Shown here piece after piece: positions 40,634 to 50,955 of a stretch of DNA of 64,000 bases. Below the pieces are notes generated by a model. That model did not search any database. It was given only the letters and a program-made list of their open reading frames with translations, and was not told the DNA's origin. This stretch comes from an uncultured archaeon (GTDB lineage: Archaea; Asgardarchaeota; Lokiarchaeia; Sigyniarchaeales; SOKP01). Position numbers and translations under genes: made by a program. Location: positions 44,189 to 108,188 of the forward strand of contig CAZGJX010000003.1 of the NCBI GenBank assembly GCA_964525635.1. The letters are read 5' to 3'. Numbering within the stretch: position 1 is the stretch's first letter; each line of letters starts with the position of its first letter.

Positions 40634-41935
40634 ATGAGAAAAATAAAACCAAAAAGGATTATATATTTGGGTTTTATACTTTTATTATTGTTTTCAAACC
40701 TCATAGCTTTTTATATTTTTAGTTATAATGATTGGTTAGAGGGATATTTTGATGTTCAAAGAAAAGAAAATGGAAACACCCTTATTTGTAGACTTCCTTT
40801 GGCAGAAATATTTGAACATCCTAAAAGAGTGGCAAACCAAATACCAGTAAAGCCAAATAGTTCTGGTCATAAAATATTTGAAGTTGATCAATATAAAAAT
40901 GTTGTATGGGAATTCAGTGGTTTAGCATATCCTCATGATATGGAAGTGCTTCCAAATGACCATATATTAGTTGCTGATACTGCTTATGATCGAGTTATAG
41001 AAATTAATTATCCCAACAAAGATATAGTATGGAGTTGGGAACCTGCAAAAATAAATTGGACAGAAGTAAATCCTGAGTGGATAGATAAACCTCTCTTGCC
41101 ACATTATTATTTACATAATTTTACTTATGATTGGACTCATCTTAATAATGTTGAATTTAAGAATTATGGAAGCTATGATGCATGTTTAATTTCTATAAGA
41201 AATTTTGATTTAATCGTTGAAGTAAATTATACTGCTGAAAGAATTGGGCCTTCAAACAATCCAGATAATATAATCTGGTGGTATGGAGATTATAGGAATG
41301 TTACTTTAATAAGTCGTCAGCACAATCCAATATATACAAGTTATGGTACTATTTACATTCCAGATTCAGGAAATAACCGCATTATTGAAATAAATATGAC
41401 AACTAATAAAATTATCTGGAATTATAGCAAAGGACTTGATTGGCCTAGAGGAGTGGATAAATTAGAGAATGGAAATCTTTTAATCACAGATTCATTACAT
41501 AATAGAATTATTGAGATTGAGAAGGATAGTAAGAAAATTGTTTGGAGCTATACCAGAGATTTAATTATTCCCTATGATGCTGATAGATTAGAGAATGGAA
41601 ACACGCTAATAAGTAATGGATATAGTGGAATTGTTTATGAAGTAAACAGAGCAGGGGAGATAGTTTGGCGCTATGGTCTATCCTTTGATAAGAGTATGAT
41701 TTACTTAAATGTTATCATTATGCTTGGATTTTCCTCAACGGCAATTATATTTATATCAAAAGATATTATTAAAAGAAGAGAATTAACTAAATTTAGGAAA
41801 GAAATAAAGGGAATAAAGATTGGAATCTTAATTATCCCAATTATATTTAGTTTGTTAGTACTTTTTAGCTATACTACTATTATTGGAAACTTAGTGATCG
41901 AGACTATGAAAAACATATTATTAAGTTATAGATAA
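40634..41935 (+). CDS. Membrane-anchored arylsulfotransferase (ASST)-like beta-propeller
   Basis: DWTHLN, LISIRN and QHN motifs; NHL-like repeats; one N-terminal and two C-terminal TMs. Confidence 0.75.
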   Translation: MRKIKPKRIIYLGFILLLLFSNLIAFYIFSYNDWLEGYFDVQRKENGNTLICRLPLAEIFEHPKRVANQIPVKPNSSGHKIFEVDQYKNVVWEFSGLAYPHDMEVLPNDHILVADTAYDRVIEINYPNKDIVWSWEPAKINWTEVNPEWIDKPLLPHYYLHNFTYDWTHLNNVEFKNYGSYDACLISIRNFDLIVEVNYTAERIGPSNNPDNIIWWYGDYRNVTLISRQHNPIYTSYGTIYIPDSGNNRIIEINMTTNKIIWNYSKGLDWPRGVDKLENGNLLITDSLHNRIIEIEKDSKKIVWSYTRDLIIPYDADRLENGNTLISNGYSGIVYEVNRAGEIVWRYGLSFDKSMIYLNVIIMLGFSSTAIIFISKDIIKRRELTKFRKEIKGIKIGILIIPIIFSLLVLFSYTTIIGNLVIETMKNILLSYR

Positions 41936-41977
41936 ACACTTATTGATATTAAAATCGATAAAATTTTATTCAAAAAT

Positions 41978-42328
41978 TTATTTTTTTTTTAAAAAATCAG
42001 GTATTATTCCTTTAAGTCCCAAACTTTTCAAGATTGTTTCTTTTATATCCATTTGTAGCTTAAATTCAGACATTTGTTTTACAGTATTCTCCAAAGAAGT
42101 TGAAAAGTTAAGACTCATATCTTTGATTGTTTTCGACATAAGATCAAATGATTCCTTCATAGTGATATTGGTATCTTGAAGTACAGAACTCATCTTATTA
42201 ACAGAATTAGAAATTTCTGAACTAAAAGTAATTAAATTTACTGAGAGGTTTTTTATTTGTTCTGCTATAGCTTTCATCTCAGTATTCATTTTAACAAGTT
42301 GTTCGTTAAGATCTTTTATTCCCAACAT
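41978..42328 (-). CDS. Small amphipathic helical / coiled-coil protein
   Basis: 116 aa, Ser/Met/Thr-rich continuous helix, ends IIPDFLKKK. Confidence 0.6.
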   Translation of the reverse strand: MLGIKDLNEQLVKMNTEMKAIAEQIKNLSVNLITFSSEISNSVNKMSSVLQDTNITMKESFDLMSKTIKDMSLNFSTSLENTVKQMSEFKLQMDIKETILKSLGLKGIIPDFLKKK

Positions 42329-42435
42329 TATATTTCTGATAATGTAATTTGTTTAAAATATTTAAATAATTTCTAATGCTTTTTAATTATAACTTATTAA
42401 TTATCATAATTTCAATAAGAATTTAAGAATAAAAA

Positions 42436-43200
42436 ATGAGCGAAAATAATAATAAAAATAGATTCTTTAAAATGGCAGATATTTATGATAAGCTAGCTCA
42501 GTATCTTGTGCCAAAATATGACTATCTACAAGAGGAAGTAATAGATCTTTTACCTTTTAATATAAATAGACAATATAATGTTATAGATTTAGGTGCGGGA
42601 AGTGGGATTTTTTTAGAAAGATTTTTAAAAAAATATCCAAATGTTAAATGTTTTTGGATTGATTATTCTGATGATTTTCTAAATGTAGCAAAAAATAGAT
42701 TGAATAAATACAATAAAAGGATTAATTTTATAATATCTCCAATAGAGGAGGATTGGACAAAATTAATTCATGAAAAAGTTCATTTAATAACTTCTATGTC
42801 AGCAATTCATCATTTAGAAACCCAAGAAAAAAAAGAATTATATAAAAGATGTTATGATTTGTTAGAAGAAACGGGTTGGTTTTTTAATATAGATGAGATG
42901 AAAACATTAAATTTTGATGCTTATAAAAGTAGTTTAGAAAGATGGTATAAACATGGTGAAGAAATTAAAAAAAAAATTCCTAACCATTTACTCAGTTCTT
43001 ATAAACTATTAAAAAATCAATTTGATAATTGGAAAATAAGAAATCTTGATAATATTGAAAAGCCAAAAACTAAGGGGGATGATATACATGAAACATTTAT
43101 AGATCAAATTAATTGGTTGAATGAAATTGGATATAAAAACGTTGATCTTTTTATTAAACATCATCTTTGGTGTGTAATTGGAGGACAAAAATTGAATTAA
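42436..43200 (+). CDS. Class I SAM-dependent methyltransferase
   Basis: VIDLGAGSG motif I, IDYS, SAIHHL. Confidence 0.88.
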   Translation: MSENNNKNRFFKMADIYDKLAQYLVPKYDYLQEEVIDLLPFNINRQYNVIDLGAGSGIFLERFLKKYPNVKCFWIDYSDDFLNVAKNRLNKYNKRINFIISPIEEDWTKLIHEKVHLITSMSAIHHLETQEKKELYKRCYDLLEETGWFFNIDEMKTLNFDAYKSSLERWYKHGEEIKKKIPNHLLSSYKLLKNQFDNWKIRNLDNIEKPKTKGDDIHETFIDQINWLNEIGYKNVDLFIKHHLWCVIGGQKLN

Positions 43201-43845
43201 TTACATTATATTTCTTCCTGCTAATTCATCTTCAAGGTATTGATCTCCATAATTTTGTCTTATTTTTTCTAACCATTCATTTGTTTTAATTTTAACCATC
43301 CCTACACGATTTCCCTTTATTTTTTCTATTGTTTTACAAACAACTCCTTCTTTTAAATTATATTTATTTTTTCTTACAGATTCTATAAACTTTAGAGTTA
43401 AAGGTCCTTCATAAATCATTCTTGGGGTTCCAAGATGTCCAAAATCTTCAATAAATTCTTTTGGAGGTATAATTCCCTTTCCAATTGGATTTACATCAAA
43501 TAATATTAAATCAAGTTCATCATCAGGATTATGTCTACCTGCAAAAGAATGTGGTCCGACCCATTCACAAAAAACAATGGCTTTTTTTGTTTTATTATAT
43601 TTAGGATTACTTTTAAAAATATATACCAATTCTTTTGCATATTTTAGCATAAACAATGAAATAGCAGCACTAAATTCTTTATGTGAAGGATTAATTATCA
43701 TTCTTCGTGTACCAAATTGATACCAACCCATTTTTTTGGACCATTCAAAACGCATATTATTCCCGTCCAGTTTATCGAATGCTATTATTTCTTTACCTAG
43801 TAGTAATTTACCAACAAAATATGGAATAGATACATATTGCTTCAT
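43201..43845 (-). CDS. RNA ligase-like covalent nucleotidyltransferase (stand-alone adenylation domain)
   Basis: FDKLDG (motif I), FCEWVG (III), LFDV (IIIa), EGVVCK (IV), VKIK (V). Confidence 0.72.
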   Translation of the reverse strand: MKQYVSIPYFVGKLLLGKEIIAFDKLDGNNMRFEWSKKMGWYQFGTRRMIINPSHKEFSAAISLFMLKYAKELVYIFKSNPKYNKTKKAIVFCEWVGPHSFAGRHNPDDELDLILFDVNPIGKGIIPPKEFIEDFGHLGTPRMIYEGPLTLKFIESVRKNKYNLKEGVVCKTIEKIKGNRVGMVKIKTNEWLEKIRQNYGDQYLEDELAGRNIM

Positions 43846-44056
43846 TTTTCGACCATTTTAATATATATTATTAACTACTCTTTTGGAATATCATAAAATT
43901 AACCATTAACTTATTATCATTCTATTTTGATAAGGAATTATTATTTATATTAATATTTAGTTAAAAATTTTAAGGTAATAATAAATATATTTTATACATT
44001 CAAATTTCTTAATTTTTAAATGTGTAATATGACTATTCTATTTTAAGTGATATTTT

Positions 44057-45244
44057 ATGATTAAACAATTTAATTTTACTAATATTCCCAAAATAATATT
44101 TGGCTCAGGAAAACTTCAAGAGCTTTATAAAATAATTCCAGATTTTGGGACGAATATTTTATTTGTTATTGGAAAGAGTTCTCTAAAAAATTCAGGTAAA
44201 TGGAAAGAAATTACACATAACATAGAAGGAAAAGATTTTAGTTTTTCTCATGTTTCAATTTTAGGAGAACCATCTCCTTCAATTATTGATAAAATAACAT
44301 CAGAACTGAGAAATAAATCAATTGATTTAATTATTGGAATAGGAGGAGGAAGTGTAATAGATGCTGGAAAAGCTATATCCGCTATGTTAACCAAAGAAGA
44401 GTCTATAACAAATTATTTAGAAGGTGTTGGTTATAAACAACATAATGGATCAAAATTACCATATATCGCTATCCCTACTACATCAGGTACTGGAAGTGAG
44501 GCAACTAAAAATGCTGTAATAAGTCAAGTTGGCCCACATGGATTTAAAAAATCTCTTAGGCATGATAATTTTGTTCCGAATATCACAATTATCGATCCTG
44601 AATTAATGATCACCTGTCCATCCTCAAAAACAGCAGCTTGTGGAATGGATGCTTTCACCCAATTACTTGAAACATATGTTTCTTCAATTGCAAATCCAAT
44701 AACGGATGCTTTAGCTTTTAGTGGAATAAAAGTGATGAAAGATAATCTTATACCTGCTTGTACTTCTGGATCGAATGATATAAATGTAAGAAGTGGGATG
44801 GCATATGGAGCTTTAATGTCAGGAATAACATTAGCAAATGCAGGTTTGGGAATAGTGCATGGATTGGCATCACCAATAGGAGGTTTTTTCGATATTCCTC
44901 ATGGTATAGTATGTGGAACTCTTTTATCTAATGCAACAAGAATTAACATAGAAAGATTAAAAGAAATAGGTCAAAAAGGAAGGAAATCCTTAAAGAAATA
45001 TGCTGAAATTGGAGCATTAATTTTAAATCAATATAATGTGGAAGAAAAGAAGATAAATCATTATTTAGATACTTTATTGAAGACATTAGATAAATGGACA
45101 AAAGATCTAAATATAGAAAGATTAGGATCTTATGGAATTACTGAAAATGATATAGATAAAATAATAAAAAATACAAGTCTGAAAAACAATCCAGTAGATT
45201 TAACAGCTAGAGATATAGAAACAATAGTAATTAATAGATTATAG
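44057..45244 (+). CDS. Iron-containing alcohol dehydrogenase
   Basis: GGGSVIDAGK, IPTTSGTGSE, DAFTQ, GIVHG, PHG. Confidence 0.92.
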   Translation: MIKQFNFTNIPKIIFGSGKLQELYKIIPDFGTNILFVIGKSSLKNSGKWKEITHNIEGKDFSFSHVSILGEPSPSIIDKITSELRNKSIDLIIGIGGGSVIDAGKAISAMLTKEESITNYLEGVGYKQHNGSKLPYIAIPTTSGTGSEATKNAVISQVGPHGFKKSLRHDNFVPNITIIDPELMITCPSSKTAACGMDAFTQLLETYVSSIANPITDALAFSGIKVMKDNLIPACTSGSNDINVRSGMAYGALMSGITLANAGLGIVHGLASPIGGFFDIPHGIVCGTLLSNATRINIERLKEIGQKGRKSLKKYAEIGALILNQYNVEEKKINHYLDTLLKTLDKWTKDLNIERLGSYGITENDIDKIIKNTSLKNNPVDLTARDIETIVINRL

Positions 45245-45529
45245 ACCAATTTATAAAAAATTTTAGTAATATTTTAATTATACCAATATATACTTAATAT
45301 AGCTAATAAATATCTAAGGAATAAAAATAATGAAGATGCTTCAAAATATAAAAGATAATTATAATATGAGCAATTTGGGGCAAGTTTTATCCTTAGGTTT
45401 ACTTTTAAATTTACTTTTATTATTATTATAAAGCGCCTTCTAATGTTTTATAAGATTTGATAATTCTACTTCTTATAAACATCTAGAAGGTTATTGAATT
45501 AATACACAGTTTAAAGTAGGTAAAAGAAA

Positions 45530-47143
45530 ATGGTGGAAATGGATGAAATAAGTGTTTCAGGAATGATGGAAAAGATTAGGAATACTCTTACTCTTCCGGA
45601 GAAGGCATATTTTTTTGACACAACTCTTCGTGATGGAGAACAAACACCAGGTATAAGTTTTACTCATGAAGAGAAGCTATCAATTGCCGAAGCACTTAGT
45701 AATTTAGGAATAGATATTATTGAAGCAGGATTTCCCATAACTTCTGAAGGAGATTTTACCGCTTGTAGAGATATCGCCAAGCTTGGATTGAATTCTGAGG
45801 TAATTGGATTAGCTAGAATGAAAAGAATTGATATAGACAGAGTAATAGAGGCAGACATGGACAGTATTCATGTTTTTATTTCAACTTCAGACTTACATCT
45901 AAGAGAACAAATAAAAATGACGAGAGATCAGGTAATAGACTGTATTATTGAAGAAACTACATATGCAAAAGAGCATTATAATACAGTATTATTTTCTGCT
46001 ATGGATGCGACTAGAACAGATTTAGATTATCTAATAAAAGCAAACTTAACTGCAGTTGAATGTGGTGCAACACGGGTTAATATCCCAGATACCGTTGGAA
46101 CGATTACACCCACTGCTTTTGGACATATTATTAAAAAAAATTATGAAGTTTTACCTAAAAATATAAGGATTGCTGTTCATTGTCATAATGATTTTGGTCT
46201 AGCAGTTGCAAATACTATTGCTGGTTTTGAGAATGGTGCTTCTGAAGCTCAAACGGCTATCATGGGTCTTGGAGAAAGGGCTGGAAATGCCTCTTTTGAA
46301 GAGACTGCAATGTCCTTTTACGCTCTATATGGATTGCCTATGAACATTAATACAAGACTAATATTTCCAACAGCTAAATTGGTAGAGAGTTATTGTGGTG
46401 GAAAAATAAAGATTGGACGCTTGCAACCTCTAATAGGACAAAATGCTTTCGCACATGAGGCTGGAATTCATGTAGCTGGGCAGATTAAACATGCAAGAAC
46501 TTTTGAACCAATAACTCCTGAATTGATAGGAATTAAAAGAACCGATAATCTAGAAGAAATAGTCAAACAATCTATAAAACTTGGAAAACATACAGGAAGT
46601 CATGGATTAAGAGCAAAATTATCTGATCTAGGATTAAATCCAACAGAAGAACAGTTTAAGAAAATCTTTGACCATGTTAAAAGTTTTGGGGATAAAGGAC
46701 ACGAAGTCTCAGAGGAGGATCTCTTTGCTATAGTTAAAGACGTGATGGGAGAGCTTCCAGAAGTAGAACAATATGTGATACTTGAAGAACTTACAGTCTT
46801 GACTGGTTCAGTAACTCCTACCTCAACAGTTAGATTAAGAATTAGGGACAATGGTTCCTCGATTCGTAAAACTGCTTCTTCGGTAGGAGTTGGTTCTGTT
46901 GATGCTTCTATTAAAGCAATTGTAAAATGTTTTGGACCAATGAGTAAAGTAAAACTACTTGAATATAATATTGATGCAGTTACAGGAGGGACTGAAGCAT
47001 TGGGTCATGTAACAATTGAATTAATGGATCTGGATACAAATCAAATTGTAAAAACAAGTGCCACTCATGAAGATATTGTAATGAGTTCTGTGCTTGCACT
47101 TCTTAAAGGTCTAAATCAAATAATGAAGTATAAGAGTGAATAA
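45530..47143 (+). CDS. leuA: 2-isopropylmalate synthase / citramalate synthase family with C-terminal regulatory domain
   Basis: DTTLRDGEQ, PDTVG, HCHNDFG, GERAGNA, AFAHEAGIH; LeuA dimer domain. Cannot exclude CimA. Confidence 0.75.
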   Translation: MVEMDEISVSGMMEKIRNTLTLPEKAYFFDTTLRDGEQTPGISFTHEEKLSIAEALSNLGIDIIEAGFPITSEGDFTACRDIAKLGLNSEVIGLARMKRIDIDRVIEADMDSIHVFISTSDLHLREQIKMTRDQVIDCIIEETTYAKEHYNTVLFSAMDATRTDLDYLIKANLTAVECGATRVNIPDTVGTITPTAFGHIIKKNYEVLPKNIRIAVHCHNDFGLAVANTIAGFENGASEAQTAIMGLGERAGNASFEETAMSFYALYGLPMNINTRLIFPTAKLVESYCGGKIKIGRLQPLIGQNAFAHEAGIHVAGQIKHARTFEPITPELIGIKRTDNLEEIVKQSIKLGKHTGSHGLRAKLSDLGLNPTEEQFKKIFDHVKSFGDKGHEVSEEDLFAIVKDVMGELPEVEQYVILEELTVLTGSVTPTSTVRLRIRDNGSSIRKTASSVGVGSVDASIKAIVKCFGPMSKVKLLEYNIDAVTGGTEALGHVTIELMDLDTNQIVKTSATHEDIVMSSVLALLKGLNQIMKYKSE

Positions 47144-47291
47144 TTAAATTTTATTTTTAGCTTCTCTATCTTTTTATATTATATTTCTTGCTTTTTCAAA
47201 AAAAGAAGATATCAGAAAAATATATTCTCTATATTTAAAAATAACCATATCTTATTTCTTTACAAATAATTATAAATTTAAATGAGAATAT

Positions 47292-48782
47292 ATGGATCCA
47301 AAAAAAAAAAAATTTTTAATTCCATTATTAGCAATTATCATAATTATTGCTATATTAATTCCTATGTTAATTATATTATTGCAACCTCCCCCAATTAAAA
47401 ATAGATTAGATGGAGATGAAGGAGTTAGAAAAGCAATTATTCTATGTAGTGCTAATGATTTCTATGGAACTGATGTAGAACTCCATTTTACAGCTGAAGG
47501 AGATTTTGGACCTGTTTGGGAACTGGAAAATGAAGGTGCTTGGAATTATGGATCGAATCCAGGTTTTGGAAATTATACTCCAAATGCATTATATTTCGAA
47601 CCAGTAAATTCACCACCTGCATACAGTATCGCTAATTACACATATAATTATGTTGATAGAGGTAATAAGTTAATGGATGAAAGTTTTTATATTTTGTCAG
47701 CAAGTGTTTATCTAAATACTTCAGAACCAATAATAGGACCAGGTGCACGAGTGGGAATACAATGGTTAAATGGCAGTGGTGTCGTGAGAATTGACTGGTC
47801 AAGAAATATAAATTCCACATTATATCAATGGAGATTATTAAGCGTTATGAGTCAATTTAATAATAATAGTATAGACAATATTACAGAAATGAAACTAGTA
47901 TTATCAGTTAAGGGTATTTTTATGGGAGTACCCACGGATCGTGTTTATTTTGATGATGTATTTTTAGAACGATGGGATGCTGTTAATAAAACTGATCCTA
48001 CCAATCCAAATACAAATAACTTATTGAATACTGATGGATTTCCTGCCCAAGCACTTCAAGTCTATAAGACTTTAAAGAATCATCAGTATACAGATGATAA
48101 TATATTCCTTATGTTATATCATACAGGAGACGATACAATAGATATTGAAACGGGAGATGGAATTTCAAATGATTTAACTGGAGTTATAATAGATGTAGAA
48201 AATGATGATGTTAATGCTACTAGATTCAAACAAGAGCTTAATGTTTCTGAAACCGGCTCATTTGCTTCTCAAATTAATCCAAAAGATCAATTAATTATCT
48301 TTATGTCAGATCATGGTTCAAATGGAATACTACCTGACCGAAATGCAACATTTCATTTTGAAGCCGATCATAGTTATATCATGGAATTAGAATTTTATAA
48401 TTTAGTTAAGGATATTAATTGCACAAGAAAATTAATTAATGTTGATAGTTGTTATAGTGGAAATTTTCTAAATGAACAGACACCAATAGGTGCTAGTTGG
48501 TATAATTTAACTAATTGTACTTATATAAGTTCTTCAGCGGACCTAGTGTCTTGGTATTGGAGCACAAATCAAAATGGTGATGGTTGGGCGGGTTCATGGT
48601 TTTTCCATCCTTTCTGGAGTCAATTAGATCAAGGTCAATCAATTTCAAATGCGTTTAATTTTGCGTTTAATTTTATTCCTGCAGGGCATACACTACCAGT
48701 AGGTATGCGTCAATCACCATTAATATATGATAATATGGGAATAATTAATACATGGAGTTTTAACGGTCCAATCCTGCTTTAG
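47292..48782 (+). CDS. Membrane-anchored clan CD (C13 legumain/GPI8-like) peptidase with an inserted beta-sandwich domain
   Basis: N-terminal TM; AIILC strand; VYKTLKNHQYTDDNIFLML; FMSDHG (His) and VDSCYSG (Cys) dyad. Confidence 0.75.
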   Translation: MDPKKKKFLIPLLAIIIIIAILIPMLIILLQPPPIKNRLDGDEGVRKAIILCSANDFYGTDVELHFTAEGDFGPVWELENEGAWNYGSNPGFGNYTPNALYFEPVNSPPAYSIANYTYNYVDRGNKLMDESFYILSASVYLNTSEPIIGPGARVGIQWLNGSGVVRIDWSRNINSTLYQWRLLSVMSQFNNNSIDNITEMKLVLSVKGIFMGVPTDRVYFDDVFLERWDAVNKTDPTNPNTNNLLNTDGFPAQALQVYKTLKNHQYTDDNIFLMLYHTGDDTIDIETGDGISNDLTGVIIDVENDDVNATRFKQELNVSETGSFASQINPKDQLIIFMSDHGSNGILPDRNATFHFEADHSYIMELEFYNLVKDINCTRKLINVDSCYSGNFLNEQTPIGASWYNLTNCTYISSSADLVSWYWSTNQNGDGWAGSWFFHPFWSQLDQGQSISNAFNFAFNFIPAGHTLPVGMRQSPLIYDNMGIINTWSFNGPILL

Positions 48783-48894
48783 TTTAATATCTTTTTTCTT
48801 TTATTTTCTATATATTTTTAACAATAATGTTTTTTTAAAATTATTTTATATTTATCCACTATAGAGTATCTAATTATTCTGAGACTTCTATAAA

Positions 48895-50955
48895 TTATTC
48901 GATATAAACTACCAGTAGTTCTTTTAAATTAATAAAATTTTTAAAAGAATTAACTAAATTTCCTTTTTCTAAGTCATCTAATCCATGGTTATTCAATTTA
49001 GTAATCTTTTCTTTTAATTTTCCGTATTTGTGGAGTTCTAATAACCCATAATGATTTTTTACCTTTTCTATTGCCATTGGACCAATATTCCATTTTATTA
49101 GATTACTTGAATTCGATTTTGTAATTTTTTTAGGCTTTATATTTTTTGGTTCAATTATAATATTTATAAAATAATTAGGGATAATATCTTCTATAACAAT
49201 ACTCTCTAATTGTTTTCCATATCTATTATTAAAGTGCATTTTTACATCATAATGACCTTCAATTTCTCGATTTTCTATATTTGAATGAGTTTTTATTAAG
49301 TTAATTTGATTTTCTATAATAAAAATAATCGTTCTTGAGATTCTTTTTTGTAACTTATATGTTATTTCAAATTTTTCCTTTTTCTTTACTTCTTGAACAT
49401 TCCATATTAATTCTAGTCCTGAACCCGTTAAAGTTTTTTTAGGTGATTTACCTTGATCAACAGGATTACCATTTAATTCAATATTTGTAAGCTCAAAATT
49501 ATAAGGAATAAGATCTGTTAAGATCCCTTCTTTAATAATATCATTAAAGGAGTTTTCAAAACCAGATATTACCTGAAAACTTGATATTTTATCAGATTCA
49601 TTGTCATTTTCCTTTATATTTCGGATATTGATTTTTTTTTTTAACTCAATAATTTCGCCAGAAGCACTTGTAAGGACGTATTTATTCAAAATTTCATTTT
49701 TAATCTCAACTCGATGGTGGTCTAATAATGAATTTATTTGTTTAAACATCTCTTTTTTATCATCAGATAAATCACCTACAAGTTTTTTTACGGAATATTT
49801 ATCAATTATGGGTAAAATATCTTCATCTGTTTCTATTATGTTATTAAGTTCTTTAGCTTTTTCAATAAATTTTGATATTTGATTTTTTCTTAGCTCTTCT
49901 GATTCTTTTAAATTTGTTTTTAAATTATCAGATAATTGATTATACTTACTTTCCTTATCCTTATCTTCAATTTCCTTAACTAATTTTATTATATTTTTAC
50001 AAATAGAGATTGATCTGAGGATATGATTATTATTTTGTGATTCTTCAAGTTTCTTTTCTAATTCTTGAAGATTTTTAATTTTTGTGTTATATATTTCCTC
50101 AAGAGTAGATATATCATTCTTGATATTTTCTAATTTTTTAAGTTGTTCGGGTAAATCTTTATTTTTTAATTTTTGGATGATTGAGGTTAATTCAATTCTT
50201 GCTTCAGTATAACGCTTATTTTCTTTTAGAATCTTACATTCAGATATTACATTAGCTATATCCCTTTTTAATTGATTTAAATCTTTAATATGGATATATC
50301 TTTCTTCGAAATTGCTCCATTTTTTGAGAATATCATCATCATATATTTCTTTCAGAAAATTTTTAGATTCATTTAAGATCTGTTCTACTGATTTAAGATC
50401 GTAAGAATCTAAAGAATTAATAATTCTTTTTTCAAGTTTAGCTAGATCCTTTTTAATAGTGTCTTGTTTCTTTTTAAATTCCTCCCAATTTTCTTTCTCT
50501 TCAATGAAAAGTGCCCTAATATCAGAAATAGATTCAAGTTTTACTTTAGTTCCATATTTTTTTTTGAAATCTATGATCAAATTATGTGCTTGAAATATTT
50601 TCTCTTGTTCTGTTAAATTAATAAATTGAGTTTTTAATCTTTCATAAATAGTATTAATCTCTTTAGTTAATTTTCTTTTTTCTATTAATAATTCACATTT
50701 CCTAATATATTCTTCTTGTTCTTTAACAATTGATGGTAAATTGCCTTCTTTAGCAAGTTCTATTATATCCTTAGTTACTTTTATTGCTTCTAAGAAATCT
50801 CCAAGCATAAAACAATTATTTTGAGGTATTGTTAAATCTTCAATTCTTTCGAGATATACCATTTTTTTCTTAATTATCTTTTTCTTCTTTTTTTTTTCTA
50901 TATCATACTCTTCTTCTTTATTTTCTTCTACATTATTCTCTTTCATAATCATCAC
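48895..50955 (-). CDS. Helical-repeat + two beta-sandwich domain protein (paralog of the adjacent gene, without the gelsolin-like head)
   Basis: GTG start; shares LP.I..YSV, HRV.I, D.PYNFE, RISRTII and VIEDIIP with 50956..52887. Confidence 0.65.
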   Translation of the reverse strand: MMIMKENNVEENKEEEYDIEKKKKKKIIKKKMVYLERIEDLTIPQNNCFMLGDFLEAIKVTKDIIELAKEGNLPSIVKEQEEYIRKCELLIEKRKLTKEINTIYERLKTQFINLTEQEKIFQAHNLIIDFKKKYGTKVKLESISDIRALFIEEKENWEEFKKKQDTIKKDLAKLEKRIINSLDSYDLKSVEQILNESKNFLKEIYDDDILKKWSNFEERYIHIKDLNQLKRDIANVISECKILKENKRYTEARIELTSIIQKLKNKDLPEQLKKLENIKNDISTLEEIYNTKIKNLQELEKKLEESQNNNHILRSISICKNIIKLVKEIEDKDKESKYNQLSDNLKTNLKESEELRKNQISKFIEKAKELNNIIETDEDILPIIDKYSVKKLVGDLSDDKKEMFKQINSLLDHHRVEIKNEILNKYVLTSASGEIIELKKKINIRNIKENDNESDKISSFQVISGFENSFNDIIKEGILTDLIPYNFELTNIELNGNPVDQGKSPKKTLTGSGLELIWNVQEVKKKEKFEITYKLQKRISRTIIFIIENQINLIKTHSNIENREIEGHYDVKMHFNNRYGKQLESIVIEDIIPNYFINIIIEPKNIKPKKITKSNSSNLIKWNIGPMAIEKVKNHYGLLELHKYGKLKEKITKLNNHGLDDLEKGNLVNSFKNFINLKELLVVYIE

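Noticed and set aside
42436-43845. Hen1/Pnkp-like RNA repair pair
   Set aside because: The genes are convergent and the methyltransferase lacks recognisable Hen1 features.
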